A stretch of 64,000 bases of DNA from a virus. This document shows positions 28,031 to 37,427 of this stretch, piece by piece. A program made the translations under genes and the position numbers. The stretch's first letter is position 1, and every line of letters begins with the position of its first letter. The stretch is from positions 1-64,000 of the IMG/VR virus record IMGVR_UViG_3300024265_000033; one strand, 5' to 3'. The notes under the pieces are model-generated. The model saw only the letters and a list, made by a program, of their open reading frames with translations, was not told the DNA's origin and ran no database searches.

Positions 28031-29218
28031 TTAATCTAGATCCAGACCTTCGAACCTGCGATTGAGTCTTTCCTTGAAAGCCTCCCACAACGCAGTCTTT
28101 GGGACTTCTGGATGTAATTCCTGAAGTTTTTCCAAAACATTCAAAAGCTCGGACTTGTAAAATTCCGCACTGCCTTTTTTCATTGATTCCGCACACTTAC
28201 ATTGCGATTTTTTACACTTTTTACACATTTTTTCAGAATATTCTGCTTTTTTGACCTTAGAATCAAGGTCTTCTTGGGCTAAAGCGGCTCCTCCGCTGCG
28301 TTCTGAGGGGGTTGTGGAGGCATATTCTCCGCCCACGCCCAACGCTTTTTCCACTTTATAGTGGATTTCGTCCAATCTTTCTGCTCTTTCGGCATTAGCT
28401 TTTCTATCTTTTTCATAGTCTGGATGAGGATTGCTAGGATTGTGCTTATAATCTTTATATTTGTCCATATGAGCGACAAATTCGCCTCTTAATTTTGCTG
28501 ACTCTTTTTTCTCGGAATCTGAGAGTTTTCTGTGTTGTAAATCTCCAGAACCTCTTTTTCTCCTAGGCTTTAGATCCTTGCCTCGGCCTTTTTCCAGTTC
28601 TATGGCTTTTTGAATCAGATCCACAACCTGATCGGCTGTAAATAGGCCCTTTTCTTGAGCTGCTTCGGCATCTTCTTCGGAAGGGCTAAAATCTGTCCCA
28701 ATTTCGTTGCCTTCGAATTCAACTTCAGCACCATTCAAGGATTTGACTAAACTGACAAAAGTATCTGTATTTACAGGACTCATCGTGAAAGCACAACTGT
28801 GAATCATGGCCTTATTGATGGTTTTTCCGTCGTTTCCGGTCCGTTGCTTGATAACTCCCTCAATGCTCATTCCCATCCGGCCTCTGTCGGATTTACCTAA
28901 AGAACCCATGATTTGATATAGGGATTTGGCTCTGTCGTGTTCTTTGAAAAGATATCCGCCTAGATATAATCCGCTGTCATCCTTCTTATAGGTATCAATG
29001 ACGCCTACTGTATTCTCGGGACCCTTTTTGTGGTCATAGTTGAAAATACCCTTACCCTTTTCGATTGGACTTAAATCCAGACCTTTTAGATTGACTTTTT
29101 CGTTTTGGAGATCCTTGTTTGCGGTGGACGCTAAACCATAGACTCGCCAGTCGCCGGATTCGGATTTCTCTATTTGGGCGGGGATTACTACTTTGAATTT
29201 CTTGTCTTTAGACGCCAT
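28031..29218 (-). CDS. prohead maturation protease (HK97/U35-like)
   Basis: VYGLAST..KDLQNE, FNYDH, MGMSIEG, AFTMSPVNTDT. Confidence 0.9.
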   Translation of the reverse strand: MASKDKKFKVVIPAQIEKSESGDWRVYGLASTANKDLQNEKVNLKGLDLSPIEKGKGIFNYDHKKGPENTVGVIDTYKKDDSGLYLGGYLFKEHDRAKSLYQIMGSLGKSDRGRMGMSIEGVIKQRTGNDGKTINKAMIHSCAFTMSPVNTDTFVSLVKSLNGAEVEFEGNEIGTDFSPSEEDAEAAQEKGLFTADQVVDLIQKAIELEKGRGKDLKPRRKRGSGDLQHRKLSDSEKKESAKLRGEFVAHMDKYKDYKHNPSNPHPDYEKDRKANAERAERLDEIHYKVEKALGVGGEYASTTPSERSGGAALAQEDLDSKVKKAEYSEKMCKKCKKSQCKCAESMKKGSAEFYKSELLNVLEKLQELHPEVPKTALWEAFKERLNRRFEGLDLD

Positions 29219-29265
29219 CTTCAAATTATACCAAAAAACGCCGAGAGGCTTTTTATTGGAGTTTT

Positions 29266-29766
29266 CTACTCGTCTGACGCCTTAGGCTCGGGTATGGCCG
29301 CCTCTACATTCATCCCAGAGCCGTAGGTATCCGGGGCATCCGTTGTGGCGTAATCCTTCAAAACATCGATATAATCACTCTTTTTCAGATTTTCGAAGGC
29401 TTCTTTCAAAATAAAGTGAATTTTAGTGGAGGAGCAATTCATCAGTTTGGCGATTTCATTCTGTAAAAGAGGGTCCATGCGGCCATCTGGCAGGCTGATA
29501 TCTTGTACCCATCTCCAAAAACAAAAATTGTGTTCTTTTGAATTAATCCACCACTCGCAAGAAGGCGGGGTATTGGATTTCAATTGACTAGATTCATATC
29601 CTAAGGCGCACGGGGAGTCTGGCATAAGATCCAATTTCAAAGGACAAGAATTCCAGAAATTGCGCGACCGTATTAGACGGATCGGTACTACTTTCTTTTC
29701 CTCAATTCTAGGTGTTCTGAGGAGGATTAGCTCCGGCCTCTTGCCGGGAGTCCTCTTTTTTGACAT
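29266..29766 (-). CDS. Cys-rich protein with sigma70 region-4-like HTH
   Basis: C...C...CEW...HNFCFW then LLQNEIAKLMNCSSTKIHFILKEAFENLK. Confidence 0.65.
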   Translation of the reverse strand: MSKKRTPGKRPELILLRTPRIEEKKVVPIRLIRSRNFWNSCPLKLDLMPDSPCALGYESSQLKSNTPPSCEWWINSKEHNFCFWRWVQDISLPDGRMDPLLQNEIAKLMNCSSTKIHFILKEAFENLKKSDYIDVLKDYATTDAPDTYGSGMNVEAAIPEPKASDE

Positions 29767-29855
29767 ACGAGTCTCCATAATTCTGTGCAAAAAAATAGTG
29801 CTATTTATGGAGTTTTAAGAGTAAAATCTTCTCCGTGGGTTTTTCCCTTATAATC

Positions 29856-29884
29856 ACTATAGGTCGGAAGGAATCAGATGTCAA
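29856..29884 (-). promoter_or_regulatory. sigma70-type promoter
   Basis: TTGACA-17 nt-TATAGT. Confidence 0.75.
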
Positions 29885-29888
29885 GGAT

Positions 29889-30608
29889 TTATTTGATTTT
29901 ATTGCAAAAAAATTCGACTAATCGAGCGGTATGTGCAGCCGTAGCCTGAGAGGTGCCAGACATCATTACTTTATCTGCGTGCCTATTAAAGCTGTAAACT
30001 TCATGTCCGATCTCCCAAACCATTGAATTCTTTCCGTGATTTGAAGTAGGTGCCCGTTCTCGGGTTGGCATAATAGATCCTACTGCTATAATGTTAGACT
30101 CGGCGTAGGCCGCTGGGTAATAGGGCGGTTCGTTGAAAATACTAGCTTTGTCGTTGCCCGCCGCTGCCACAATTGTCGTTTTGTTTCTATTTAGGATTTT
30201 TACCAGATCGTGCTCTTCTGCATAATAAGCCCTTCCGCCTGCGGAATAATTAACAATATCGACATTTTGCCGAATAGCTTGCTTGAGGCATTTGAATTCC
30301 GTTTTGAAGGAACCCTCTTTTTTACCTTTTTTGAAATCGACGCAGGGGATTAATTGGACCCCGGGGCAAGCCTTTTCTGCTATGATTCCGAATATATGGG
30401 TTCCGTGGCCATGCCGATCATTGAGAGCTTTTGACTTCAGATCTCTCTTGGAGAGAAATTTTCGATATTTTAGTCGTACTCTTTGAGAAACTCCTGTATC
30501 AGCGATCAAAACTTTTAATGTAGGTGTAGTTCGGCTCCCTTCCTGTGAAAGTGCTCTAGGGACGCCTACTACTGCGAGGGCTGTTAATATGGCTAAAAGC
30601 CATTTCAC
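29889..30608 (-). CDS. secreted subtilisin-like S8 serine protease
   Basis: signal peptide; IADTG, HGHGTH, AAGND, SGTSQA catalytic motifs. Confidence 0.9.
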   Translation of the reverse strand: MKWLLAILTALAVVGVPRALSQEGSRTTPTLKVLIADTGVSQRVRLKYRKFLSKRDLKSKALNDRHGHGTHIFGIIAEKACPGVQLIPCVDFKKGKKEGSFKTEFKCLKQAIRQNVDIVNYSAGGRAYYAEEHDLVKILNRNKTTIVAAAGNDKASIFNEPPYYPAAYAESNIIAVGSIMPTRERAPTSNHGKNSMVWEIGHEVYSFNRHADKVMMSGTSQATAAHTARLVEFFCNKIK

Positions 30609-31624
30609 TTCTGCACCTCCGTGTAGGACCCATTAAGGATGTATTCTTTCACGAAACGTCTCTTGTGGTTAAAAAGAGAATCTACATATTTTAGCAATCT
30701 ATCTCTTTTCGTAGAATCGTTCGTCAGAAATCTGGCTTTTCCTATTTTTACAGGATAAGAAATCAGGGGACATTTAGAAAAGTGGGCATCTATAGACCCG
30801 AAAAAAGAACTTATAGTAACAATTTCAGTACCTTTCAAATCCTTGCCGCACCTTACGAGGGCTACTCTGTCGGCTGATTTTTCTACTACCGCGTCCGATC
30901 CGTCTACCCAGTATTCGTCTCTAATGAGGTCTTGGTACTTTTTCAGTGGCATTTTGAGTCGTTTCGCTACCTTGGAGTCCATAATTTTTAGCTGGCGCAG
31001 AATCCAATTGGTTCTTGTCAGGTATTCTCCTTTGCCGTCGCTGCCTATTTCGCCTCCCATGCCGCCTAGACGGGCTCTGTGAGACATTAGGGTTCCGGAA
31101 GGAGTGATGATTCTCTCGTCCAAATTTTGTACCATGTGATAGGCCATCGAAGCAGAAAACAGAGTAATGGTCTTTACTTTCTGGGGGATTGCCTTAGCCG
31201 TGTCAATAAATACGTTCCCGGCATCAATACTGCCTCCCGGGGAGTCAAGTACCAAATAGATAGTGGCATTTCGGGGAAGCCTGTAACTCATATTGAGAAG
31301 CTTCCTTTGGAGTTTTGATACGGATTTGGACGTTACAACTTCCCGAAAAGAAAGAGTATTCTTCTTTCCTAAGACAATTAGAGGCAATTTTTTATTTGGA
31401 TTTGGAAAAGGTAGTATGGAGACTTTGTCCCCGACTTTGGAACTCTGAGCTATCGCCTCTGGCGCAGTCATCGTGGAATACGTTTCGACACTATACTCCC
31501 CCGGGGCTTCCGGAAGGGCTATCGGTACCTCATTCTGGGGAAAAATCTGCCCCATGCCTACAAAAATTGCTACAAAAGCCGCCAATGCTACGACTCCTTT
31601 TGCGATAATTCCTAGAAAATTCAT
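30605..31624 (-). CDS. membrane-anchored ClpP-like protease
   Basis: N-terminal TM; LDSPGGS, SASMA, LMSH, RDEYW. Confidence 0.85.
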   Translation of the reverse strand: MNFLGIIAKGVVALAAFVAIFVGMGQIFPQNEVPIALPEAPGEYSVETYSTMTAPEAIAQSSKVGDKVSILPFPNPNKKLPLIVLGKKNTLSFREVVTSKSVSKLQRKLLNMSYRLPRNATIYLVLDSPGGSIDAGNVFIDTAKAIPQKVKTITLFSASMAYHMVQNLDERIITPSGTLMSHRARLGGMGGEIGSDGKGEYLTRTNWILRQLKIMDSKVAKRLKMPLKKYQDLIRDEYWVDGSDAVVEKSADRVALVRCGKDLKGTEIVTISSFFGSIDAHFSKCPLISYPVKIGKARFLTNDSTKRDRLLKYVDSLFNHKRRFVKEYILNGSYTEVQK

Positions 31625-31821
31625 TTGACAATACTCCTGTGACCATTATTGTATGCGTTCAATCTACACTCCCTCAAAAGCGTATTACACACCTCCAGAT
31701 TTACATACAAAAATCTGTAGGTTTCCATGTCTATCACGTCCCTCGACATCAACTGCCGCATGGCATCGGAATACCTTTGGCGAATGGTCAAGATCTTAAT
31801 TTCTGAGTCTGTTCTTCTCAT
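31621..31821 (-). CDS. hypothetical protein
   Basis: 66 aa starting just after CGGTATAAT. Confidence 0.45.
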   Translation of the reverse strand: MRRTDSEIKILTIRQRYSDAMRQLMSRDVIDMETYRFLYVNLEVCNTLLRECRLNAYNNGHRSIVK

Positions 31822-31894
31822 AACTCTTAAATTATACCGCAATTTTTATCATAATACCATCGTTTTTCTATGATATAATTATAGAGTTGTGCGT

Positions 31895-32704
31895 CTAAAT
31901 GCCTTTCTTCTCCTTTTTGCATTTTTCCCGAAAATCACACCAATTACAAAAATCCTCTGTTTTATCCGGCAGGGTCCCCTCTTCTACATGTTTTAGGGTC
32001 CCGAATATCTTATCTGCCACTTCTAGGAAGGGCTCCTCATCTTTTTCTACTACAAATTCTTTCCAATTATCTTCCGTATCGTCAGTTTCCCGATTGATGT
32101 ACACATAAATGATTCCATTCACTTGAGTAAATCCTTCAAGCTCTTCTATGTGGTCAAATTCCCCGTCAGCAAGATTTTGTTCGAAAAGATACACATAGGT
32201 CATAGCTTGCTGAAGATGTTCGTCTTTGGGACCCGTCTCGATATAGCGGTCGTACCCTTTTTGATTTATTGACTTGTACTCGGCGAGCCACAATCCGTCC
32301 TTAATGCCGTCGATTCCTTCAAGAATTAATACGTCGTCGATTTTGGCGTTCTTGATGTGGAGGTCTTTCGCGCTCACGGGAAACTCCGGATCGGGTTCTT
32401 TGGTCTTCCAATGCTTTGGGATCTCGCCCTTCTTATTGCGGTAGGGCACAGAAACTCCAAGTCCTTTGAACCAAGACTTAATGAGATTGTGAAACATGTC
32501 ACCTTTTTCAAAGTTTTCTATCTTTTGGGCAGTCCAACCATAGTCGGGTTTCACTCGGTTGTAACAATAATAAATCTTACGAAGACAGGAAGTGCCTAAG
32601 AAGGACGGCTTCATGTTCTTATTCCAATACTTGGACTTCGGATTGTAAGCCCATTCCGATTCCAGTTTTTTGGCTATTGCGTCCTTTAGCGGTCTATTGC
32701 TCAC
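31895..32704 (-). CDS. Cas4/RecB-like PD-(D/E)XK exonuclease
   Basis: CLRKIYY, KIDDVL, AEYKS, QAMTY, CNWCDFREKC (four-Cys Fe-S staple). Confidence 0.85.
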   Translation of the reverse strand: MSNRPLKDAIAKKLESEWAYNPKSKYWNKNMKPSFLGTSCLRKIYYCYNRVKPDYGWTAQKIENFEKGDMFHNLIKSWFKGLGVSVPYRNKKGEIPKHWKTKEPDPEFPVSAKDLHIKNAKIDDVLILEGIDGIKDGLWLAEYKSINQKGYDRYIETGPKDEHLQQAMTYVYLFEQNLADGEFDHIEELEGFTQVNGIIYVYINRETDDTEDNWKEFVVEKDEEPFLEVADKIFGTLKHVEEGTLPDKTEDFCNWCDFREKCKKEKKGI

Positions 32705-32897
32705 TAGGCATCCTTTCGAGAATCTTCTGAGGCTCTATGTGATATTCATCTTTCCAGACGTTATCGTAAGCCTCTCCTCGGGTGCTAACAACTAAATCCA
32801 GATTTACCAAAGCCTGACTAAATCGAATATCTGGATATTTTGTCAAATACTGTCCCAGCTTATTTAGAATTTCAAGATTAGCTTTTTGCCTAGTCAT
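32694..32897 (-). CDS. hypothetical protein
   Basis: 67 aa; YPDIRFSQAL motif of a small phage protein family. Confidence 0.55.
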   Translation of the reverse strand: MTRQKANLEILNKLGQYLTKYPDIRFSQALVNLDLVVSTRGEAYDNVWKDEYHIEPQKILERMPSEQ

Positions 32898-33145
32898 TTT
32901 TTCGGTACTCCTGCAAAAGGATCTTTGAATTTTTCGTTTTGAATTACTTTTATTTTCTCCATGAGATTATCTACAAGGGTATCGATACCTTCGATATGGA
33001 GATCCGTATGGTATTTTAAGTTGAATCCCCGAATACCTCTGTCTACCAGTTTCAGGTTAGTTATGATGTCAGTCAGATCCCTAATTCTTATATTCTTGTA
33101 ACCGTCTGATTTGACACCTAAGCCCTTACCTTTTTTCTTTTTCAT
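32894..33145 (-). CDS. hypothetical protein
   Basis: 83 aa from the ATG overlapping the upstream stop. Confidence 0.5.
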   Translation of the reverse strand: MKKKKGKGLGVKSDGYKNIRIRDLTDIITNLKLVDRGIRGFNLKYHTDLHIEGIDTLVDNLMEKIKVIQNEKFKDPFAGVPKK

Positions 33146-33366
33146 TTGACACTCTTCTTCTTCTTTTTCCCGGGGAGTATTTCTTTCAGAGTTCCCATAA
33201 TATTTCTTGATCTGCACAACCTACAAATTCCCCCGTTTCTCACATACGCCCAATTAACCCGAATATTCTTTATAGGTCCGCAGTTACTACATTCCACATA
33301 ATGGTCATCTGTCGTGAATTCTATCTTTTTCTTTGTTTTTTTCTTCTCTGTTTTCTTCTTTTTCAC
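33142..33366 (-). CDS. small basic Zn-finger protein
   Basis: CSNC...CRLC flanked by Lys runs. Confidence 0.55.
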   Translation of the reverse strand: MKKKKTEKKKTKKKIEFTTDDHYVECSNCGPIKNIRVNWAYVRNGGICRLCRSRNIMGTLKEILPGKKKKKSVK

Positions 33367-33629
33367 GGTGCGATTTCCTTATACTTGATATTGATATCCC
33401 CGTTAGTTTCATTTACAGAAGCACTCTTCAACTCGTAATCCGGCAAAGCATCGTCTATACAACTCAGGGCTGCTTCTAAGCCTTCTTCAATCTCGGGAGC
33501 AGGCTCCCCTTGCGGTCCCTTATCTCCTTTGTCCCCCACGTCTCCCTTGGGTCCGGGCGGGCCAGTTTCGATGTCTGAGCCACATCCTACGAGCATCAGT
33601 AAAATCAATAAAGTCCTAAAAAATCTCAT
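33363..33629 (-). CDS. lipoprotein with short collagen-like repeat
   Basis: lipobox LVGC then GPP-GPK-GDV-GDK-GDK-GPQ-GEP. Confidence 0.75.
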   Translation of the reverse strand: MRFFRTLLILLMLVGCGSDIETGPPGPKGDVGDKGDKGPQGEPAPEIEEGLEAALSCIDDALPDYELKSASVNETNGDINIKYKEIAP

Positions 33630-34472
33630 CTATTCCCCCTTATTGTCTGAATCTTCCGGTTCTGTATTAATAGGAGAGTTGTCTATGACTACGTTTGGAT
33701 CTGCTTCGTCCGGAGTGGGAATATTTATAATTATTTCTTTTCCACTCGGATTTACCCCCACTCTCTTATATAGCTTTTTTATAAGATCGTTCAACGCTTT
33801 TTTGTCTACATTTTTCATGTGAGCTAGGCGTTCTTTTCTTAGATTTCCTCTTTTGGGAAGAGGTACGATTTTCTCCGCTAGTTTGGCATCTACTGCCATT
33901 TGTGCTGATATTTTCAAATCTCTGACTAAGACTTCATCCCATACCTTTTTTGGGATTAAGCTATTCTCCGCATAAATTCTATTGAGTCTTTCCGCCTCTT
34001 CTTTTTCATATTCTACGTCTATTAAATTATCATTATAGGAAGTCGAAGTTGGGGCATTATAGCCACTACGACCATTGTGCAGCATCACTGTGGCATTTTC
34101 ATATAAATATCTTCTATCACACACTGCCATAATCCAAGTAGCGGAAGAATTTATTCGACCTCCTCCATAAAAATGAAACGCACAGGTACTAGCTCTTATA
34201 ACGTCATATAGATATAACATGGCCTTGTAATCCCCCCCGCACGAGTTGAGATGAATTTCAATAACGTGCTTGGGATGATCTTTCTCCATACGTTTAATAG
34301 CGCGTACTGCCATCTCGACGGAAGCTTCCGTAAAATCATTATAACCGACTTCTGCATCATCTCCGATGTGGCCCCAATCAATAGGATGCCCGAAGAAGAT
34401 ACGTCGATTTTTTAGATCTATACCATAAACTAGATAGTTTTCTAGTTGAGTACGCTCTCTTGGAATGGCCAC
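33630..34472 (-). CDS. ClpP-like protease (divergent)
   Basis: LKNRRIFF, LNSCGG, INSSATWI, VMLH, RDLKISA. Confidence 0.8.
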   Translation of the reverse strand: MAIPRERTQLENYLVYGIDLKNRRIFFGHPIDWGHIGDDAEVGYNDFTEASVEMAVRAIKRMEKDHPKHVIEIHLNSCGGDYKAMLYLYDVIRASTCAFHFYGGGRINSSATWIMAVCDRRYLYENATVMLHNGRSGYNAPTSTSYNDNLIDVEYEKEEAERLNRIYAENSLIPKKVWDEVLVRDLKISAQMAVDAKLAEKIVPLPKRGNLRKERLAHMKNVDKKALNDLIKKLYKRVGVNPSGKEIIINIPTPDEADPNVVIDNSPINTEPEDSDNKGE

Positions 34473-34751
34473 TTAGGACTCCTTTTCAATGCCGATGACG
34501 TTCCGGGCTTCCATAACCAGAATTTCTTCGCTCCCTATTTGTATAGGCTCGATTTTGTTACCGAAGTAAACTTGATCCCCCACTTTTAGAGAAGAATCTT
34601 TTACCTGAGTCCCGATGAATCGGACTACTCCGAAATTATTGGAAACTTTCACATCTTTGATAAACATATCTCCGGAATTTTTTTCTTTGGCTTTTTTATC
34701 CCGGAATACGCCTACCTTATCCCAAAGGAATTCTATTTTACTTTTTTGCAT
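34473..34751 (-). CDS. groES: GroES-like co-chaperonin
   Basis: FLWDKV...SGDMFI...GVVRFIG..V...LKVGDQVYF...ILVM...VIGI. Confidence 0.8.
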   Translation of the reverse strand: MQKSKIEFLWDKVGVFRDKKAKEKNSGDMFIKDVKVSNNFGVVRFIGTQVKDSSLKVGDQVYFGNKIEPIQIGSEEILVMEARNVIGIEKES

Positions 34752-35397
34752 CTGTGGCCTCCTTTTTTGTAGCCCCCTTCTTGCCTTTGCCCTTTACAGG
34801 AGCTTCAGCTTTAGGCGGGTCAATCAGAACTGAAATGCGATCCACAGTGATCTTGAAGTCGTAAGTGAAATCGACGTCCTCAAGTTCGCCCTTTTTATTC
34901 TTGGCCTTTGTCACGGTAGTGATTGGGATTGTTCTAGTCTCTCCCGGCTTAGCACCGTACAGGCCTTCTTCAAGTTCCTTTTGAAGTTGATAAGGTTCAT
35001 TACCTAGGCTACGCACCTTGAGAACTGATTCTTGACCGAATTCTTTTTCTTTGTCGGGCTTTCCGCAAACTGTTACTCGTAGCATATCGCCATTTTTCGC
35101 CGGAGCTTTGGACTCTTTATATCCCCAAGCTTTGTCTTCCTCATCAGCATAGAGATCTTTTAGATCCCCTTTGGTGAGTCCGAAACGCTTCATGGCAACG
35201 CCTTCCAGCACGGTGAGACGTGTATTCGGAATGGCAAAAAGCCCCATCAATTGTTGCTGGGTTTGCTGAGCATATTGCTGAAACAGATGATGGATATATG
35301 GCTTTAAGTTCTCAGTCTGAGTCTTAGATACCAATTGTTGGAAACTCTGAGGTTGATGAGCCCCTTTTCCTCTGCCTTTTCCTTTACTTTTTCCCAT
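34738..35397 (-). CDS. trigger-factor FKBP-like domain protein
   Basis: AKNGDMLRV...LG...LQKELEEGLYGAKPGETRTI...FKITVDRI matches the trigger factor PPIase domain pattern. Confidence 0.7.
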   Translation of the reverse strand: MGKSKGKGRGKGAHQPQSFQQLVSKTQTENLKPYIHHLFQQYAQQTQQQLMGLFAIPNTRLTVLEGVAMKRFGLTKGDLKDLYADEEDKAWGYKESKAPAKNGDMLRVTVCGKPDKEKEFGQESVLKVRSLGNEPYQLQKELEEGLYGAKPGETRTIPITTVTKAKNKKGELEDVDFTYDFKITVDRISVLIDPPKAEAPVKGKGKKGATKKEATDAKK

Positions 35398-35406
35398 TTT
35401 TTTCTC

Positions 35407-35928
35407 CTATGCTAATTTAATGGTTTCCGGAATTACTGAATGTAGAAAACCTTCTTGTTCGACTAAAATTTCTGCGGGGGGGTTAACCATCTTTACCATC
35501 CCCGTAACTTGTTCGCCTTCAGCATTCTGAGCTGTGACTTTTTTGTTGCTGAATTGTTTGTATTTTGTAACAAACTCAATGAGTTGTTTATTGCGATCCA
35601 CTTTAGATTTGGGAGCTGGCTTGTGAACAGGCTCGGGAGCTTTTGAACCCGGCTGAATAGCGGCAGAAGGCATAGTTCCTTGCTTCTCTGGCGCGGGCAC
35701 TCCTACCCCGGCCTCTAGTTGAGCAACACGATTAGATACGAAATCAGAGAACTCGGAAACTATCTCCGTCTTATTAGCCTTATTTGACTTATCAACATCC
35801 AAGGCCTTAATCATAGTTAAAACCTTTTCATAAAGCTCTACTTTGGCTTCAAGCTTTTCTAGAGCTTCTCTCATTTCTTTGATTCTACTCATCGGAGTTC
35901 TCCTAAACTGTCTCTTATGGTAACTCAA
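35407..35928 (-). CDS. hypothetical protein
   Basis: 173 aa; coiled coil, Pro-rich linker, small beta domain; start may be ATG 35892. Confidence 0.55.
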   Translation of the reverse strand: MSYHKRQFRRTPMSRIKEMREALEKLEAKVELYEKVLTMIKALDVDKSNKANKTEIVSEFSDFVSNRVAQLEAGVGVPAPEKQGTMPSAAIQPGSKAPEPVHKPAPKSKVDRNKQLIEFVTKYKQFSNKKVTAQNAEGEQVTGMVKMVNPPAEILVEQEGFLHSVIPETIKLA

Positions 35929-36153
35929 CTATTCGTCTTCGTCAAGTGTTTTATCCGGCCCATAGTAATACACTGGACTGGTTTTGTCAAGATATTCCTC
36001 TTGCGCGTCTGGGCGATGTGAGACGAGATGCCCGTGTATAAGACTCAAGATATCGCCCCATTGCAGATCGTGGGAATCCACCATTTCGTCTAGAACTTCT
36101 TCCAGATCCAATAAGATGTCCCCGAGCTTTCTAATCTTCTTTTTCTTCGACAT
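35929..36153 (-). CDS. hypothetical protein
   Basis: 74 aa tiling ORF. Confidence 0.55.
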   Translation of the reverse strand: MSKKKKIRKLGDILLDLEEVLDEMVDSHDLQWGDILSLIHGHLVSHRPDAQEEYLDKTSPVYYYGPDKTLDEDE

Positions 36154-36820
36154 CTTTCTCTATCTCCAAGAAAATTGGTTTATTGGTCGGAAAATAACCT
36201 CCGTCGCAAATACTGGCATTTACGAATTGGGTATCCCCTACGAAGTGGGTACCGTAGGCTTCGTGAATGTGGCCAAAAGAATGAAAAAGTGGCTTAATAC
36301 GATGTAGGACCTCATCTGCTAGAGCCGCACACCCTACATTGCCGTCGCCACATCTGTCCAGAATGAATTGAGGAGGTCCGTGTGTGAGGAGTCCGTCCGT
36401 ATCCGTAGGGATCTTTAACCAGTGTTTTTTGATATCCATTCCCCGGTCGGCCATAAATGCCCAGTTGAAAAACGTAGGAGTGATGGGAGATCCCCAAAAC
36501 TTAAAGCCATCAATTTCTACGCCAGAATCGTTGAGATAAATAACATTCTTAGGGAGCATACTCTTGGCTAGGGCTTCGTCCTTTTCGAAAATGAAATCGT
36601 GATTACCGGGAACGAAAAGCACATGTTTGAAATGCGCGGAGACTTCATCCAGCCAATGGCAAAAATCTTCTGTTTCTCTGACAGAGCCTCGGAAAGAATA
36701 GTCCCCTGTGTACGCGAATACGTCCACCTTATCTTGCGGAAAAGGTAGATACCTATTTATTGTGGTATGCCTCTGATGGGTGTCTGAGGCGCACATGATA
36801 CTAAGTTTTTTCTTTGCCAT
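36131..36820 (-). CDS. metallophosphoesterase (MPPED/239FB-like)
   Basis: SDTH, TGDYS, PGNHD, LLTHGPP, FGHIHE. Confidence 0.9.
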   Translation of the reverse strand: MAKKKLSIMCASDTHQRHTTINRYLPFPQDKVDVFAYTGDYSFRGSVRETEDFCHWLDEVSAHFKHVLFVPGNHDFIFEKDEALAKSMLPKNVIYLNDSGVEIDGFKFWGSPITPTFFNWAFMADRGMDIKKHWLKIPTDTDGLLTHGPPQFILDRCGDGNVGCAALADEVLHRIKPLFHSFGHIHEAYGTHFVGDTQFVNASICDGGYFPTNKPIFLEIEKDVEEKED

Positions 36821-37127
36821 ATTTTTCTTTCCACTTCTTTTTAAGCTTCCTTAAACTATCTCTGCAACTACTTGCAAAACCGGCCCAAAACCCTCCCTGT
36901 TCTGCATATCGACCTATGGCCCGTTCGTACCAAGAAATTCGATGTTTTAATCGCTCCTCTGCATTTTTTGTACGCTTGCTTATATGCCTGTGTCTGAAAC
37001 TAGGGTCCTGCTCATCAATTTGTTGCGCTATATCTGATCGGATATATTCTCGCTCCTTGGCTTTTCTGGTACCTTTATAGGACTTGCCTTGATTCCAGTT
37101 GCCTTTATCTCGCTTTTTGTAGCTCAC
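36801..37127 (-). CDS. basic hypothetical protein
   Basis: 108 aa K/R-rich. Confidence 0.5.
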   Translation of the reverse strand: MSYKKRDKGNWNQGKSYKGTRKAKEREYIRSDIAQQIDEQDPSFRHRHISKRTKNAEERLKHRISWYERAIGRYAEQGGFWAGFASSCRDSLRKLKKKWKEKYGKEKT

Positions 37128-37146
37128 TCAGTCACCATAATCCCCA

Positions 37147-37335
37147 TTATGTTTCCCTTTTAGGAAAAGAAGATACTTTAAGCGCGTTTGCCGCTTCTTG
37201 TAAATCCCTTACCAAAATTTCCAATTCTATAGGAAGTTTATGCTTCGTTCTATAAAGCCTTAGCCCAAACTCGTGCTCTGCTTTTAATAAAGCCTGCACT
37301 AGAGGTTGTTTGTTTAATTCTTCCTTTGTCACCAT
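37147..37335 (-). CDS. hypothetical protein
   Basis: 62 aa from ATG with GAGG RBS. Confidence 0.45.
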   Translation of the reverse strand: MVTKEELNKQPLVQALLKAEHEFGLRLYRTKHKLPIELEILVRDLQEAANALKVSSFPKRET

Positions 37336-37427
37336 AATGCCTCTTATGCTCCCTAAAAATAAGGTCCGCGACCAACTCACCACTCACAAAAGCCGCCCTC
37401 AACGGACGGGCAGGTGACGCAAAATTT

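Noticed and set aside
31895-32704. Cas4-like gene as sign of a CRISPR system
   Set aside because: No repeat-spacer array or other cas genes seen; solo Cas4/RecB-like nucleases are common in phages
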